This document shows, one piece after another, positions 9,677 to 19,268 of a stretch of DNA of 35,856 bases (position 1 is the stretch's first letter; each line of letters starts with the position of its first letter). The notes under the pieces are model-generated. The model was given only the letters and a program-made list of their open reading frames with translations. It did not search any database and had not been told where the DNA came from. Position numbers and translations under genes: made by a program. This DNA comes from Bacillota bacterium (GTDB lineage Bacteria > Bacillota > Clostridia > Lachnospirales > Lachnospiraceae), in the NCBI GenBank assembly GCA_017861355.1, contig JAGFXQ010000001.1, forward strand, positions 1-35,856, in the 5' to 3' direction.

Positions 9677-9726
9677 TCAAATTCCTCACAAACCTGATTC
9701 TAAAACCCATCTATGCTTCATTAAAG

Positions 9727-11244
9727 CTAATGATTTTTCTTGGTATCATCGAAAAACTTATCCAGTGCCTTAAGGATGTCATCATCCTCTTCATCCTCTT
9801 TGATTGGAAGATTAGGTTTAAAGGCAACAGGGGCCATACCCTTATTGCGTCCCAAAGAATTATGATGTTCGTCTTCTACCTTACCGGTATATGCCAAACC
9901 ACCTATCTGAGGCTTAACTTCAAGATGCGGTTTCACCTCAGTTAACTTGTCATCCGGCTTCACTTCAGTCAGCTTGTCAACCGGTTTCGTATTTCCTGCC
10001 GTTGCTTGCTTGTTCTCAGGCTGTTTCGAAGTATTTGCCTTATTAGAAGCCTGTTTGTTCTCTGGTTGTTTTGAAGTATTTGCCTTAGTAGCAGCCTGTT
10101 TGTTCTCTGGCTGTTTTGTAGTGTTTGTCTTATTGGCAGCCTGTTTATTCTCTGGCAGTTTTGCATTTCCTTTATTAGAGGTCTGCTTGTTCTCGCCATG
10201 TTTCACAGATTTGCCTTTTGTCTCCTGTGTTGCTGAAGTCTCAAGGAACGCTTTCCAGTCAAATACTGCACTCACGGACTGAATAGCTACCTCTATCATA
10301 CTATCATCCGGTTCCTTTGTCGTTAAGCCCTGCATCCATAATCCCGGCTGGCTTATTATATCAACCAGCTTACTCTCGCTCTTACCGGCCAGGCGGATAA
10401 ATTCATATGACACACCTGCAATGAAAGGAACAAGAACAATTCTTGAAATCACCTTCCAAAATAGATTCGTAACAGGCATAAACATAAAGAACACCAAACT
10501 GATCAATATAACCAAAAGCATAAAGCTGGTACCGCAGCGCTTATGCTGCTTTGATTGCCATCTTACATTCTCAACCGTCAGCTCAAAACCATTCTCAAGA
10601 CAGTTAATTGTCTTATGCTCTGCACCGTGGTACATAAATACTCTCTTAATCTCGTTCATTTTGGAAGCCAGAAGTACATAACCAATGAAGATCGCAAGAC
10701 GAACGATTCCTTCTATAAAAAGAACCAAATAACGATTGCTAACAAAACCGGAAAAGAAATTCGTAATAAAAACAGGAAGCACCATGAAGAGCGCTACACT
10801 CATCACGATTGAGATCAATACCGCCAGTGCCATCAATAAAGCGTTGGATTTATCTTCTTTCTTAGGCAGATCCTTCTCAGTTGCAGACTCTACCTGACTG
10901 CTATTGGATGCAACCACTTCTTCTACGATAAAATCTTCGTCTGCCTTACTTGCTTTCTTCTCTTTTTTCTTATTCTTATCCTTGGTATCCTGCTCTTCCT
11001 CATCAAAGAAGCTGGAGGAATAGTTCAAGACCTTCACACCAATTACCATAGAATCCACAAATGCCATCATTCCTCTAAATATCGGTAATTTAAAAAGCTT
11101 TACCTTATCAGAGATGTCTTTGTGCGTATTTAACTCAACTTCAATCTCATTATTCGGCTTACGTACTGCAACAGCGTAGATGTCTTTGTTCTTCATCATA
11201 ACGCCTTCCATTACGGCCATGCCCCCAATACCTGATGGTTTCAT
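9727..11244 (-). CDS. DUF1385 domain membrane protein with a long repetitive C-terminal tail
   Basis: IGGMAVMEGVMM, YHGAEHKTI, HKRCGTSF and TTKEPDD motifs; usual position between rpmE and prmC. Confidence 0.88.
   Translation of the reverse strand: MKPSGIGGMAVMEGVMMKNKDIYAVAVRKPNNEIEVELNTHKDISDKVKLFKLPIFRGMMAFVDSMVIGVKVLNYSSSFFDEEEQDTKDKNKKKEKKASKADEDFIVEEVVASNSSQVESATEKDLPKKEDKSNALLMALAVLISIVMSVALFMVLPVFITNFFSGFVSNRYLVLFIEGIVRLAIFIGYVLLASKMNEIKRVFMYHGAEHKTINCLENGFELTVENVRWQSKQHKRCGTSFMLLVILISLVFFMFMPVTNLFWKVISRIVLVPFIAGVSYEFIRLAGKSESKLVDIISQPGLWMQGLTTKEPDDSMIEVAIQSVSAVFDWKAFLETSATQETKGKSVKHGENKQTSNKGNAKLPENKQAANKTNTTKQPENKQAATKANTSKQPENKQASNKANTSKQPENKQATAGNTKPVDKLTEVKPDDKLTEVKPHLEVKPQIGGLAYTGKVEDEHHNSLGRNKGMAPVAFKPNLPIKEDEEDDDILKALDKFFDDTKKNH
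9930..10194 (-). repeat. Coding tandem repeats in the DUF1385 tail (45-bp and 27-bp units)
   Basis: QA(A/S)(N/T)K(T/A)NT(T/S)KQPENK three times plus a 14-aa variant; DKLTEVKP twice. Confidence 0.85.
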
Positions 11245-11429
11245 CCTAGCACCCGAACCTTTCTCTAAACTCGTATTCTGTATAATAATAGGTCAATTAC
11301 AATATTTATAGATATAAAGCAAGGCACTTGCCTTGTAGATACTTACCCTTAATAAATCGTTTGTCCTGTATACTTTATGTATCATGATTAATAATATAGC
11401 CAGGCAAACTTTTTATATGTCATGTATTT

Positions 11430-11465
11430 AAAAATAGGCTGAGGAAGGATACCTCAACCCATTTT
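11430..11465 (-). terminator. Intrinsic terminator of rpmE
   Basis: Minus strand AAAATGGGTTGAGG-tatcctt-CCTCAGCCTATTTT. Confidence 0.75.
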
Positions 11466-11512
11466 AACGTTTCTATTGTCTTACTCATGTTTAATAGAAT
11501 TAAATCTATTAA

Positions 11513-11722
11513 TTATTTATCCTGGCCTAATCCATACTTACGGTTGAATTTATCAATTGCACCACGAGCAGCTGCAGCCTTAACCTGGCCAGTATAGAAT
11601 GAATGGCACTTGGAGCAGATTTCTACGTGGATATCTTCCTTGGTTGATCCTGTTACAAATTCGTTACCGCAGTTACAAACAACTTTAGCCTGATGATATT
11701 TGGGATGGATTCCTTCTCTCAT
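11513..11722 (-). CDS. rpmE: 50S ribosomal protein L31, zinc-binding (C+) type
   Basis: [24 protein letters not shown] and FNRKYG. Confidence 0.97.
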   Translation of the reverse strand: MREGIHPKYHQAKVVCNCGNEFVTGSTKEDIHVEICSKCHSFYTGQVKAAAARGAIDKFNRKYGLGQDK

Positions 11723-11797
11723 TGTTTCACCTCTTTAAGATCGAATAGTTTTATCTATTGGCATTATAATAATTCCAATCTAATAAACAGCTTTTTT

Positions 11798-11826
11798 ATT
11801 ATAGCACAGGTTTTTAGCAAGTGCAA
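11798..11826 (-). promoter_or_regulatory. Sigma-A promoter of rpmE
   Basis: TTGCAC-17 bp-TATAAT with extended -10 TGn. Confidence 0.75.
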
Positions 11827-11829
11827 TAC

Positions 11830-13233
11830 CTAAAAGACGATTTTAGTCTTTTTGATTGTTTCAATAAATTCAATATTTGTCTTAGTACGAAGGAACATAT
11901 CTATAATCCGTTCCAGTGCCTCTTCGGACTTCATTCCTCCCAATGCCTTACGCATCAGGTAAGTAGCTTCCAGCTCTGGTTGTGTTAAGAGAAGGTCTTC
12001 TCTTCTGGTACTGGATCTCGGAAGATCGATTGCCGGGAAAATACGCTTCTCAGACAAGCTACGGTCAAGAACCAATTCCATATTACCGGTGCCCTTGAAT
12101 TCTTCAAATACAACATCATCCATTCTGCTTCCGGTTTCTACCAAGGCTGTTGCAAGAATGGTAAGACTTCCGCCCTCACGCATATTTCTCGCTGCTCCGA
12201 AAAATTTCTTCGGCATATGAAGAGCCGCAGGATCGAGACCACCGGACAAAGTTCTTCCGCTTGGTTGAACAGTCAGATTATAGGCTCTTGCCAGACGTGT
12301 GATACTGTCAAGAAGTATAATTACATCCTGCTTATGTTCAACGAGACGCTTTGCACGCTCGATTACCATCTCAGATACTCTCTTATGATTATCGGGAAGC
12401 TCATCAAAGGTAGAATAGATTACCTCAACATTCTTTCCTTCAATTGACTCCTTAATATCGGTAACTTCTTCCGGGCGTTCATCAATTAACAGAATAATCA
12501 ACTTCATCTCCGGATGATTTTGCGTGATTGCTTTAGCGATTTGCTTCAGAAGAGTGGTCTTACCGGTCTTCGGCTGAGATACAATCATACCTCTCTGGCC
12601 TTTTCCAATCGGTGAAATCAGATCCACCATTCTCATAGAAACTCCTGCTCCCGGTGTCTCAAGATGAATTCTCTGATTCGGGAATACCGGTGTCAGATCT
12701 TCAAAACGTTTACGTTTCTGCGCTTCTGCGGGATGGAAGCCATTGACACTCTTTATAAATAATAAAGCACTGAATTTTTCAGTCTGACTGCGTATCTTTG
12801 TATTACCGGAGACAATGTCACCGGTCTTAAGATTAAATCTGCGAATTTGTGCAGGTGATACATATACATCATTTTCACCGGGCAGATAATTATCGCATCG
12901 AATAAATCCATATCCATCCGGAAGAACCTCCAATATACCAACTTTGGTTTCTCCGCTGTCTAATTGCTCCATCTCGCTTTGACCCGTTACTGCTGACGGT
13001 CTTCTTTCTTCTCTTTCCGTTGAAGAAATCGTCTCTAATGAATCTGACATCTCTGGCGCTTGTACTATATTACTTTCTTCTTTTTCAGCCTGGATTTCCT
13101 GCTCCTTTGATACAGCCTTAAGTAATTCATCGATCAATTCGCTTTTCTTCAGAGTTGTGATATTTTTAAGTCCCTTTTCTTTCGCTAACTCTCGCAGATT
13201 AGCAAGTGTCATAGAATCATACTGATTACTCAT
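11830..13233 (-). CDS. rho: Transcription termination factor Rho
   Basis: [48 protein letters not shown] and [11 protein letters not shown]. Confidence 0.98.
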   Translation of the reverse strand: MSNQYDSMTLANLRELAKEKGLKNITTLKKSELIDELLKAVSKEQEIQAEKEESNIVQAPEMSDSLETISSTEREERRPSAVTGQSEMEQLDSGETKVGILEVLPDGYGFIRCDNYLPGENDVYVSPAQIRRFNLKTGDIVSGNTKIRSQTEKFSALLFIKSVNGFHPAEAQKRKRFEDLTPVFPNQRIHLETPGAGVSMRMVDLISPIGKGQRGMIVSQPKTGKTTLLKQIAKAITQNHPEMKLIILLIDERPEEVTDIKESIEGKNVEVIYSTFDELPDNHKRVSEMVIERAKRLVEHKQDVIILLDSITRLARAYNLTVQPSGRTLSGGLDPAALHMPKKFFGAARNMREGGSLTILATALVETGSRMDDVVFEEFKGTGNMELVLDRSLSEKRIFPAIDLPRSSTRREDLLLTQPELEATYLMRKALGGMKSEEALERIIDMFLRTKTNIEFIETIKKTKIVF

Positions 13234-13434
13234 TTTTTCTGCCTCTTTTCTCTTAGATTGGATTCTCTTACGGAATTTGATATAGAAGTGATACAGAAAT
13301 ACAACTTGATGGAATTATCCAAAGATTATCCTAATATGATACTCAATTATACAACAGTTGTAACAGAAATAAAAGTATTTTCTTTTGTGCTTTTGTTCCT
13401 ATATTTTTCCTTTTTTTCAAAGCCTATCCACAGC

Positions 13435-13653
13435 CTATTCCTCAATCGCTGCTTGCTCGTTATGATAGATTACAACCCGGTTTCTTCCATTGCGTTTTCC
13501 TTGATAAAGTGCCTGATCTGCATTGGAGATACCTTGATAAAGGCTAATCAGGGTATTCTTTACTGTATACCGCATCACCCCCACAGAATTCGCTACTTGA
13601 TTAAGGTATTTTATAGTGATATGATAGCTGTAAACTATTTGTTGAATGTATAA
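13435..13653 (-). pseudogene. C-terminal remnant of a GGDEF (diguanylate cyclase) domain gene
   Basis: Manual translation ...VANSVGVMRYTVKNTLISLYQGISNADQALYQGKRNGRNRVVIYHNEQAAIEE*; no GGDEF motif; in-frame stop at 13654-13656. Confidence 0.75.
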
Positions 13654-13684
13654 TTATAATATTTTATGTAAGGTGGAGAGTAAA

Positions 13685-14839
13685 ATGAATGTAAATGAGC
13701 AAGCATTGAAACTGCATGAAGAATGGAATGGTAAACTTGAAATCAAATCAAAATGTCAGGTGAAGACCAGAGAAGATCTATCCGTTGCATATACTCCCGG
13801 TGTTGCTGAGCCATGTCGAGTAATTGCCAAGGACAAATCGGCTGCTTACCGTTACACAATCAAGGCAAACACAATCGCAGTTGTGTCTGACGGCAGTGCT
13901 GTGTTAGGCCTTGGAAATATAGGTCCCTATGCCGCCATGCCTGTAATGGAAGGTAAGGCTGTACTATTCAAGGAATTCGGCGGTGTGAATGCCGTTCCCA
14001 TTTGTCTGGATACCCAGGACACGGAAGAGATCATCCGAACGGTTGTTGCGATTGCTCCTGCTTTCGGTGGAATCAATCTGGAAGACATCTCCGCCCCCAG
14101 ATGCTTCGAAATCGAGGAACGTTTAAAGAGTCTTCTTGATATTCCGGTTTTCCATGATGACCAGCATGGTACTGCCATCGTTGTTCTTGCCGCTGCCATC
14201 AATGCCCTCAAGGTTACAGGAAAAACGAAAGAAGAATGTAAAATAGTAGTGAACGGTGCCGGTTCCGCCGGAATAGCCATCTCTAAGCTCCTTCTGACCT
14301 ATGGTTTCGTGCATTTAACTCTCTGCGATCGTCAAGGAATGATATCAAAAGACTATCCTAATCTTAACTGGATGCAAGAGCAAATGCTCTCTGTAACAAA
14401 TCTGGAGAATAAAAACGGAACTTTAGCCGATGCTTTGGTTGGTACTGACCTATTCGTCGGAGTCTCTGCCCCGAATGTAGTTACCAAAGAAATGGTTGCT
14501 TCTATGAATAATGATGCCATTATATTCGCTATGGCGAATCCGGATCCTGAGATACTGCCGAATCTTGCCAAGGAGGCAGGAGCCAAAGTTGTCGCAACCG
14601 GACGTTCCGATTTCCCGAATCAGGTAAATAATGTCGTAGCCTTTCCCGGCATCTTCCGTGGTGCATTAGAGGGAAGAGCGACGCAGATTACCGAAGAGAT
14701 GAAGCTGGCAGCGGCTATTGCAATCGCCGGACTCGTCCCGGAGAAAGAATTGAACGATGAGAACATTATGCCGCAACCCTTCGATCCCAGAGTAAGTGAT
14801 GTGGTGAGTGCTGCAGTCAAAGCATATATCAGAAAGTAG
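13685..14839 (+). CDS. NAD(P)-dependent malic enzyme (short bacterial type)
   Basis: LSVAYTPGVA, AMPVMEGKA, INLEDISAP, FHDDQHGTA, NGAGSAG and NQVNN; start MNVNE after GGTGGAG. Confidence 0.94.
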   Translation: MNVNEQALKLHEEWNGKLEIKSKCQVKTREDLSVAYTPGVAEPCRVIAKDKSAAYRYTIKANTIAVVSDGSAVLGLGNIGPYAAMPVMEGKAVLFKEFGGVNAVPICLDTQDTEEIIRTVVAIAPAFGGINLEDISAPRCFEIEERLKSLLDIPVFHDDQHGTAIVVLAAAINALKVTGKTKEECKIVVNGAGSAGIAISKLLLTYGFVHLTLCDRQGMISKDYPNLNWMQEQMLSVTNLENKNGTLADALVGTDLFVGVSAPNVVTKEMVASMNNDAIIFAMANPDPEILPNLAKEAGAKVVATGRSDFPNQVNNVVAFPGIFRGALEGRATQITEEMKLAAAIAIAGLVPEKELNDENIMPQPFDPRVSDVVSAAVKAYIRK

Positions 14840-14848
14840 TGTTAAATA

Positions 14849-15781
14849 ATGTGGGACCAGAAGAGATATCATTCATTGGATTATGAATTGAAAAAGACCT
14901 ATGGCAAAAAGATCTATAAACTATCTTTGAATGGTGGGATGACCTGTCCGAACAGGGATGGAACCCTGGATACCCGTGGATGCATCTTCTGTTCCGAGGG
15001 GGGCTCCGGGGATTTTGCAGTTGGCTTTCGTACCGATATTACACAGCAAATCGAAGAAGCAAAGCAGCAGGTAGCAGCCAAACTTGCCAATCCTACGGAT
15101 ACCGAATATATTGCCTATTTTCAAGCATACACAAACACTTATGCTCCCGTGGAATATCTCCGATCCATCTTCCTTGAAGCAATAAATCATCCGGAGGTTG
15201 TAATCCTGTCCATCGCTACCCGGCCTGATTGTATCAGCCCCGAGGTTCTCGAACTCCTAACTGAGCTAAATAGCATTAAACCGGTCTGGATTGAACTTGG
15301 GCTCCAAACGATACATGATACGAGTGCTGAGTTTATCCGAAGGGGATATCCACTTGTGGTTTTTGAAGATTGTGTACGACAACTCCATGAAAATAGTATC
15401 GCAATCCTGGTCCATACTATTCTGGGCTTGCCAAAGGAGTCAAAACATGATATGTTAAAAACTATGGAATATATATCCACTTTGCCGATACAAGGAATTA
15501 AATTACAGTTGCTGCATATATTAAAAGGTACTGATCTTGGACAGCTTTACGAAGATGGAACTCTGGAAGAGGCACTTTCACTAGACGATTATGTTGATAT
15601 TGTGATCTCTTGCATCGAACACCTCCCTCCGGAGCTAGTCATTCATCGCATCACCGGCGACGGTCCAAAGAATTTGTTACTTGCTCCCCTCTGGAGCAGC
15701 AACAAAAAGCTTGTACTGAACCAGATTCATCATCAGATGAAGGAACGGGATACTTATCAGGGAAAATACTATAATAGTTAG
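14849..15781 (+). CDS. TIGR01212 family radical SAM protein (YhcC/YtqA-like)
   Basis: TCPNRDG...GCIFC, YFQAYTNTY, TRPDC and ELGLQT. Confidence 0.92.
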   Translation: MWDQKRYHSLDYELKKTYGKKIYKLSLNGGMTCPNRDGTLDTRGCIFCSEGGSGDFAVGFRTDITQQIEEAKQQVAAKLANPTDTEYIAYFQAYTNTYAPVEYLRSIFLEAINHPEVVILSIATRPDCISPEVLELLTELNSIKPVWIELGLQTIHDTSAEFIRRGYPLVVFEDCVRQLHENSIAILVHTILGLPKESKHDMLKTMEYISTLPIQGIKLQLLHILKGTDLGQLYEDGTLEEALSLDDYVDIVISCIEHLPPELVIHRITGDGPKNLLLAPLWSSNKKLVLNQIHHQMKERDTYQGKYYNS

Positions 15782-15802
15782 ATCCGTTAAAGGAGGTTAA
15801 TC

Positions 15803-16318
15803 ATGCAGTCCGATACGTTTATGCTTTATAAGCTTATGATCCTCTACATCCTAAGTAGAGTGAATTTTCCTCTGACGAATGCACAATTAACCGCATTTAT
15901 TCTGGAGAAGGAATATACGAATTATTTTAATATCCAGAGAGCCATCTCGGAATTAATTGATGATGCCTATATTACTACAAAGACAATTCGCAACAGTACC
16001 CTGTATCGAATTACCGACAGCGGTACAGAGACCCTCCTTTTCTTTGATAACACGATTTCCTCCGGAATCAAAGATGATATTGAAGCTTATCTATTAGAGA
16101 ATAAGTATGAACTTCAAGCTGAGGTATCCACTCAAGCTGAATTCTATCAGGTTAAAAAAGGTGAATTCGCTGCTCATCTCAGCGTAATCGAACGTGAAGC
16201 TTCCATCATTGATCTAACTCTCCTCGTTCCTACCGTAGAGGAAGCAGAAAGCTTATGTAATAATTGGAGAGAGAAGAGCTCGGATGTCTATGCATACCTG
16301 ATGTCTATCTTACTTTAA
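15803..16318 (+). CDS. DUF4364 family protein (winged-helix-like)
   Basis: LYKLMILYIL, PLTNAQLT, YTNYF and C...W...Y C-terminus; AAGGAGG RBS. Confidence 0.8.
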   Translation: MQSDTFMLYKLMILYILSRVNFPLTNAQLTAFILEKEYTNYFNIQRAISELIDDAYITTKTIRNSTLYRITDSGTETLLFFDNTISSGIKDDIEAYLLENKYELQAEVSTQAEFYQVKKGEFAAHLSVIEREASIIDLTLLVPTVEEAESLCNNWREKSSDVYAYLMSILL

Positions 16319-16362
16319 GAATGTAGATCCATAATAAAACGCATATCCTATGAAATAAAATA

Positions 16363-16418
16363 AGGCTGCTGAAAACAAATACTCGCACAATGTGTGCGAT
16401 GCTTTATTTCAGCAGCCT
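16363..16418. terminator. Bidirectional terminator between convergent DUF4364 and engB
   Basis: AGGCTGCTGAAA...TTTCAGCAGCCT with inner TCGCACA/TGTGCGA. Confidence 0.7.
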
Positions 16419-16484
16419 CTATCTTATATCCCATAGATTAACCTGTAAAGATGAAGTCTCCTTACCATCTATTTGTTATATAAA

Positions 16485-17129
16485 TTACTGTTCGATATCT
16501 CTTAGTTGCGGTGTATCTATGCCATTCTCCAGAGATTCCTGTGAAGGAAAACAAATCTCCTCAATACAAGCCCAGATTTCATCTCTTCCCTGCTTACTTG
16601 TAGCAGAAAAAGGATATATCTTCGTTCCCGGAATTACCTCTAGGCCTTCTTTAATTATTTTCACCTGCTTCTGAATCTGACTACGGTTTATCTTATCGAG
16701 CTTCGTTGCTATGATAACCGGATGAAAGCCTTGATATACAATCCAGTCATACATACTCTTGTCATTCTGTGAAGGCTCGTGGCGAATGTCAAGAAGTAGG
16801 AAGACCATCTTAAGCTGGGGTGAGGTCTTAAGATATCTTTCAATCATTGTACCCCACTTTTCCTTTGTTTTCTCCGCAACCTTTGCATAACCGTATCCCG
16901 GAAGATCCACATAATAAAGTGCCTCGTTGATATTATAGAAATTGATCGTTTGTGTCTTTCCAGGCGACCCGGAGGTTCTGGCTAAAGACTTTCGATTCAT
17001 AAGGGCATTGATTAAGGATGATTTACCGACATTTGATTTTCCCGAAAATGCCACCTCCGGTTTATCGTTAATCGGAAGTACACTGGTAATTCCACATACA
17101 GTCTCAAGATTTGCACTTTTAATAATCAT
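16485..17129 (-). CDS. engB: Ribosome biogenesis GTPase EngB/YihA/YsxC
   Basis: GKSNVGKSSLIN, PGKTQTINFY, DLPGYG and TKLDK; start at 17129 or 17132. Confidence 0.95.
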   Translation of the reverse strand: MIIKSANLETVCGITSVLPINDKPEVAFSGKSNVGKSSLINALMNRKSLARTSGSPGKTQTINFYNINEALYYVDLPGYGYAKVAEKTKEKWGTMIERYLKTSPQLKMVFLLLDIRHEPSQNDKSMYDWIVYQGFHPVIIATKLDKINRSQIQKQVKIIKEGLEVIPGTKIYPFSATSKQGRDEIWACIEEICFPSQESLENGIDTPQLRDIEQ

Positions 17130-17223
17130 CATTCTCACCCTCACTTTTCTTCTTATCCTATTATTATGTGTTAAGATTACAATCGTTATGTTTCTGAATG
17201 TCACTATTATATGACTTCCATAT

Positions 17224-17271
17224 AATGAAAAGTGCACCGCAAATGTCTTGCATTTACGGTGCACATTCATT
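17224..17271 (-). terminator. Terminator after clpX
   Basis: GTGCACCG...CGGTGCAC inverted repeat with inner AAATG/CATTT and flanking AATGAA/TTCATT. Confidence 0.7.
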
Positions 17272-17297
17272 TTTATACTGTAATGCAACAGCTTTAT

Positions 17298-18593
17298 TTA
17301 TGCTATTTCATCTTTACTTTTCTTTGTACTGCGCTTTGCAATCGGCTTTCTTGCTACCACTTCTTCGGAAAGCACAACCATAGGCTTTTCTTTGCCAAGA
17401 ACTGCTTCTTTGGTAATGATGCATTTGACTGCTTTCGTATCCGAGGGAAGGTTATACATAGAGTCCATCATAACACTTTCCATAATAGCACGAAGTCCTC
17501 TTGCACCGATTTTTCTCTTATAGGACTGCTTCGCAATTTCATCCAAAGCACCTTCTTCGAATTCAAGTTCTACGCCGTCCAGTTCAAACAGTTTCTTGTA
17601 CTGCTTTGTAATTGCATTCTTCGGCTCAGTAAGAATTCGAACCAAAGCTGCTTCATCCAGCATGTCAAGAGCTACGGTAACCGGAACACGACCTACAAAT
17701 TCAGGGATCAGACCAAACTTAATCAAATCCTGAGGCATAACCTGACGGAATAATTCACCGACATTTGATTTATTTTTCTCAATAATCTGAGCATTGAAGC
17801 CGATGGACTTTTGTCCGGTACGTGCTTCAATAATCTTCTCCAATCCATCAAAGGCTCCACCACAGATAAATAAAATATTCGTAGTATCAATCTGGATGAA
17901 TTCCTGATGAGGATGCTTTCTTCCTCCCTGCGGAGGAACGGAAGCCACCGTACCTTCCAGTATCTTTAAAAGTGCCTGTTGAACACCTTCTCCGGACACG
18001 TCTCTAGTAATGGAGGTGTTTTCCGATTTTCTCGTGATTTTATCAATTTCATCAATGTAAATAATACCATATTCTGCACGCTCGATATCAAAGTCCGCAG
18101 CCTGGATAATCTTCAGCAGGATGTTCTCCACATCCTCACCTACATAACCTGCTTCGGTCAGTGCAGTTGCATCGGCAATTGCAAAGGGTACATTCAGTAA
18201 TTTTGCTAACGTCTGAGCCAGATATGTCTTACCGGATCCAGTAGGACCAATCATAAGAAGGTTACTTTTCTGAAGTTCGACATCCAAATCCTTTTCCGCA
18301 AGCACTCGTTTGTAATGATTGTATACAGAGACAGCCAGTACTTTCTTCGCTTCATCCTGTCCTACTACATGCTGGTCTAAGAAAGCCTTAATCTCTGCGG
18401 GTTTTAACAGATTGATGTCCGTATTGACTACCGGTTCACCCTCGAATTCTTCCTCGATAATTTCACTGCATATTTCTATACATTCATCACAGATATAGAC
18501 TCCGGGTCCTGCGATCAGTTTCCTAACCTGGTCCTGCGTTTTATTACAAAAGGAGCATCTCAGTTGTTTTCTGTCTTCTACCTTTCCTGCCAC
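17298..18593 (-). CDS. clpX: ATP-dependent Clp protease ATP-binding subunit ClpX
   Basis: CSFC...ICDEC zinc finger, [20 protein letters not shown] and IGF loop; GTG start after GAGGTG. Confidence 0.98.
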   Translation of the reverse strand: MAGKVEDRKQLRCSFCNKTQDQVRKLIAGPGVYICDECIEICSEIIEEEFEGEPVVNTDINLLKPAEIKAFLDQHVVGQDEAKKVLAVSVYNHYKRVLAEKDLDVELQKSNLLMIGPTGSGKTYLAQTLAKLLNVPFAIADATALTEAGYVGEDVENILLKIIQAADFDIERAEYGIIYIDEIDKITRKSENTSITRDVSGEGVQQALLKILEGTVASVPPQGGRKHPHQEFIQIDTTNILFICGGAFDGLEKIIEARTGQKSIGFNAQIIEKNKSNVGELFRQVMPQDLIKFGLIPEFVGRVPVTVALDMLDEAALVRILTEPKNAITKQYKKLFELDGVELEFEEGALDEIAKQSYKRKIGARGLRAIMESVMMDSMYNLPSDTKAVKCIITKEAVLGKEKPMVVLSEEVVARKPIAKRSTKKSKDEIA

Positions 18594-18643
18594 TGCCTTA
18601 TCACCTCTTCTCTCTGCTGAGCAAAGCATCCGGTGATACAGGA

Positions 18644-19225
18644 TTATCTGCTTACTAATATACCATCGATAATACCGTATTCACGAGCTTCTTCAGCACT
18701 CATATAAAAGTCTCTTTCTGTATCAACCTCAATGACTTCAATCGGCTTGCCGGTATTCTTAGCAAGGATTTCATTGAGTTTTCTTCTCGTCTTGAGGATG
18801 TTATCTGCAACAATCTTGATATCGGTAGCCTGGCCCTTAGCACCGCCGGAGGGTTGGTGAATCATCACCTCTGCGTTAGGAAGAGCGAATCTCTTGCCCT
18901 TGGTTCCGCCGGATAATAAAAACGCACCCATGCTTGCTGCCATACCGATACAGATGGTAGATACATCACACTTGATATAGTTCATGGTATCATAGATTGC
19001 CATGCCTGCAGTTACCGATCCACCGGGGCTATTAATATAGAAATTAATATCCTTGCCCGGATCCTCTGACTCTAAGAATAATAACTGTGCCACTACTAAG
19101 CTTGCAGTTACCTCATTTACTTCTTCACCAAGGAAAATAATTCTTTCCTTTAACAATCTGGAATAAATGTCGTAGCTTCTCTCGCCACGGCTTGTTTGTT
19201 CAATGACATAAGGTACTAAACTCAT
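18644..19225 (-). CDS. clpP: ClpP protease proteolytic subunit
   Basis: [22 protein letters not shown] and MIHQP. Confidence 0.98.
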   Translation of the reverse strand: MSLVPYVIEQTSRGERSYDIYSRLLKERIIFLGEEVNEVTASLVVAQLLFLESEDPGKDINFYINSPGGSVTAGMAIYDTMNYIKCDVSTICIGMAASMGAFLLSGGTKGKRFALPNAEVMIHQPSGGAKGQATDIKIVADNILKTRRKLNEILAKNTGKPIEVIEVDTERDFYMSAEEAREYGIIDGILVSR

Positions 19226-19268
19226 ACATTTATCCTCCTTATCTATCTATGCGTTGTCTCTTAGATGC

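Noticed and set aside
13258-13653. 131-aa plus-strand ORF
   Set aside because: No RBS or motif; antisense to the GGDEF remnant and the rho promoter
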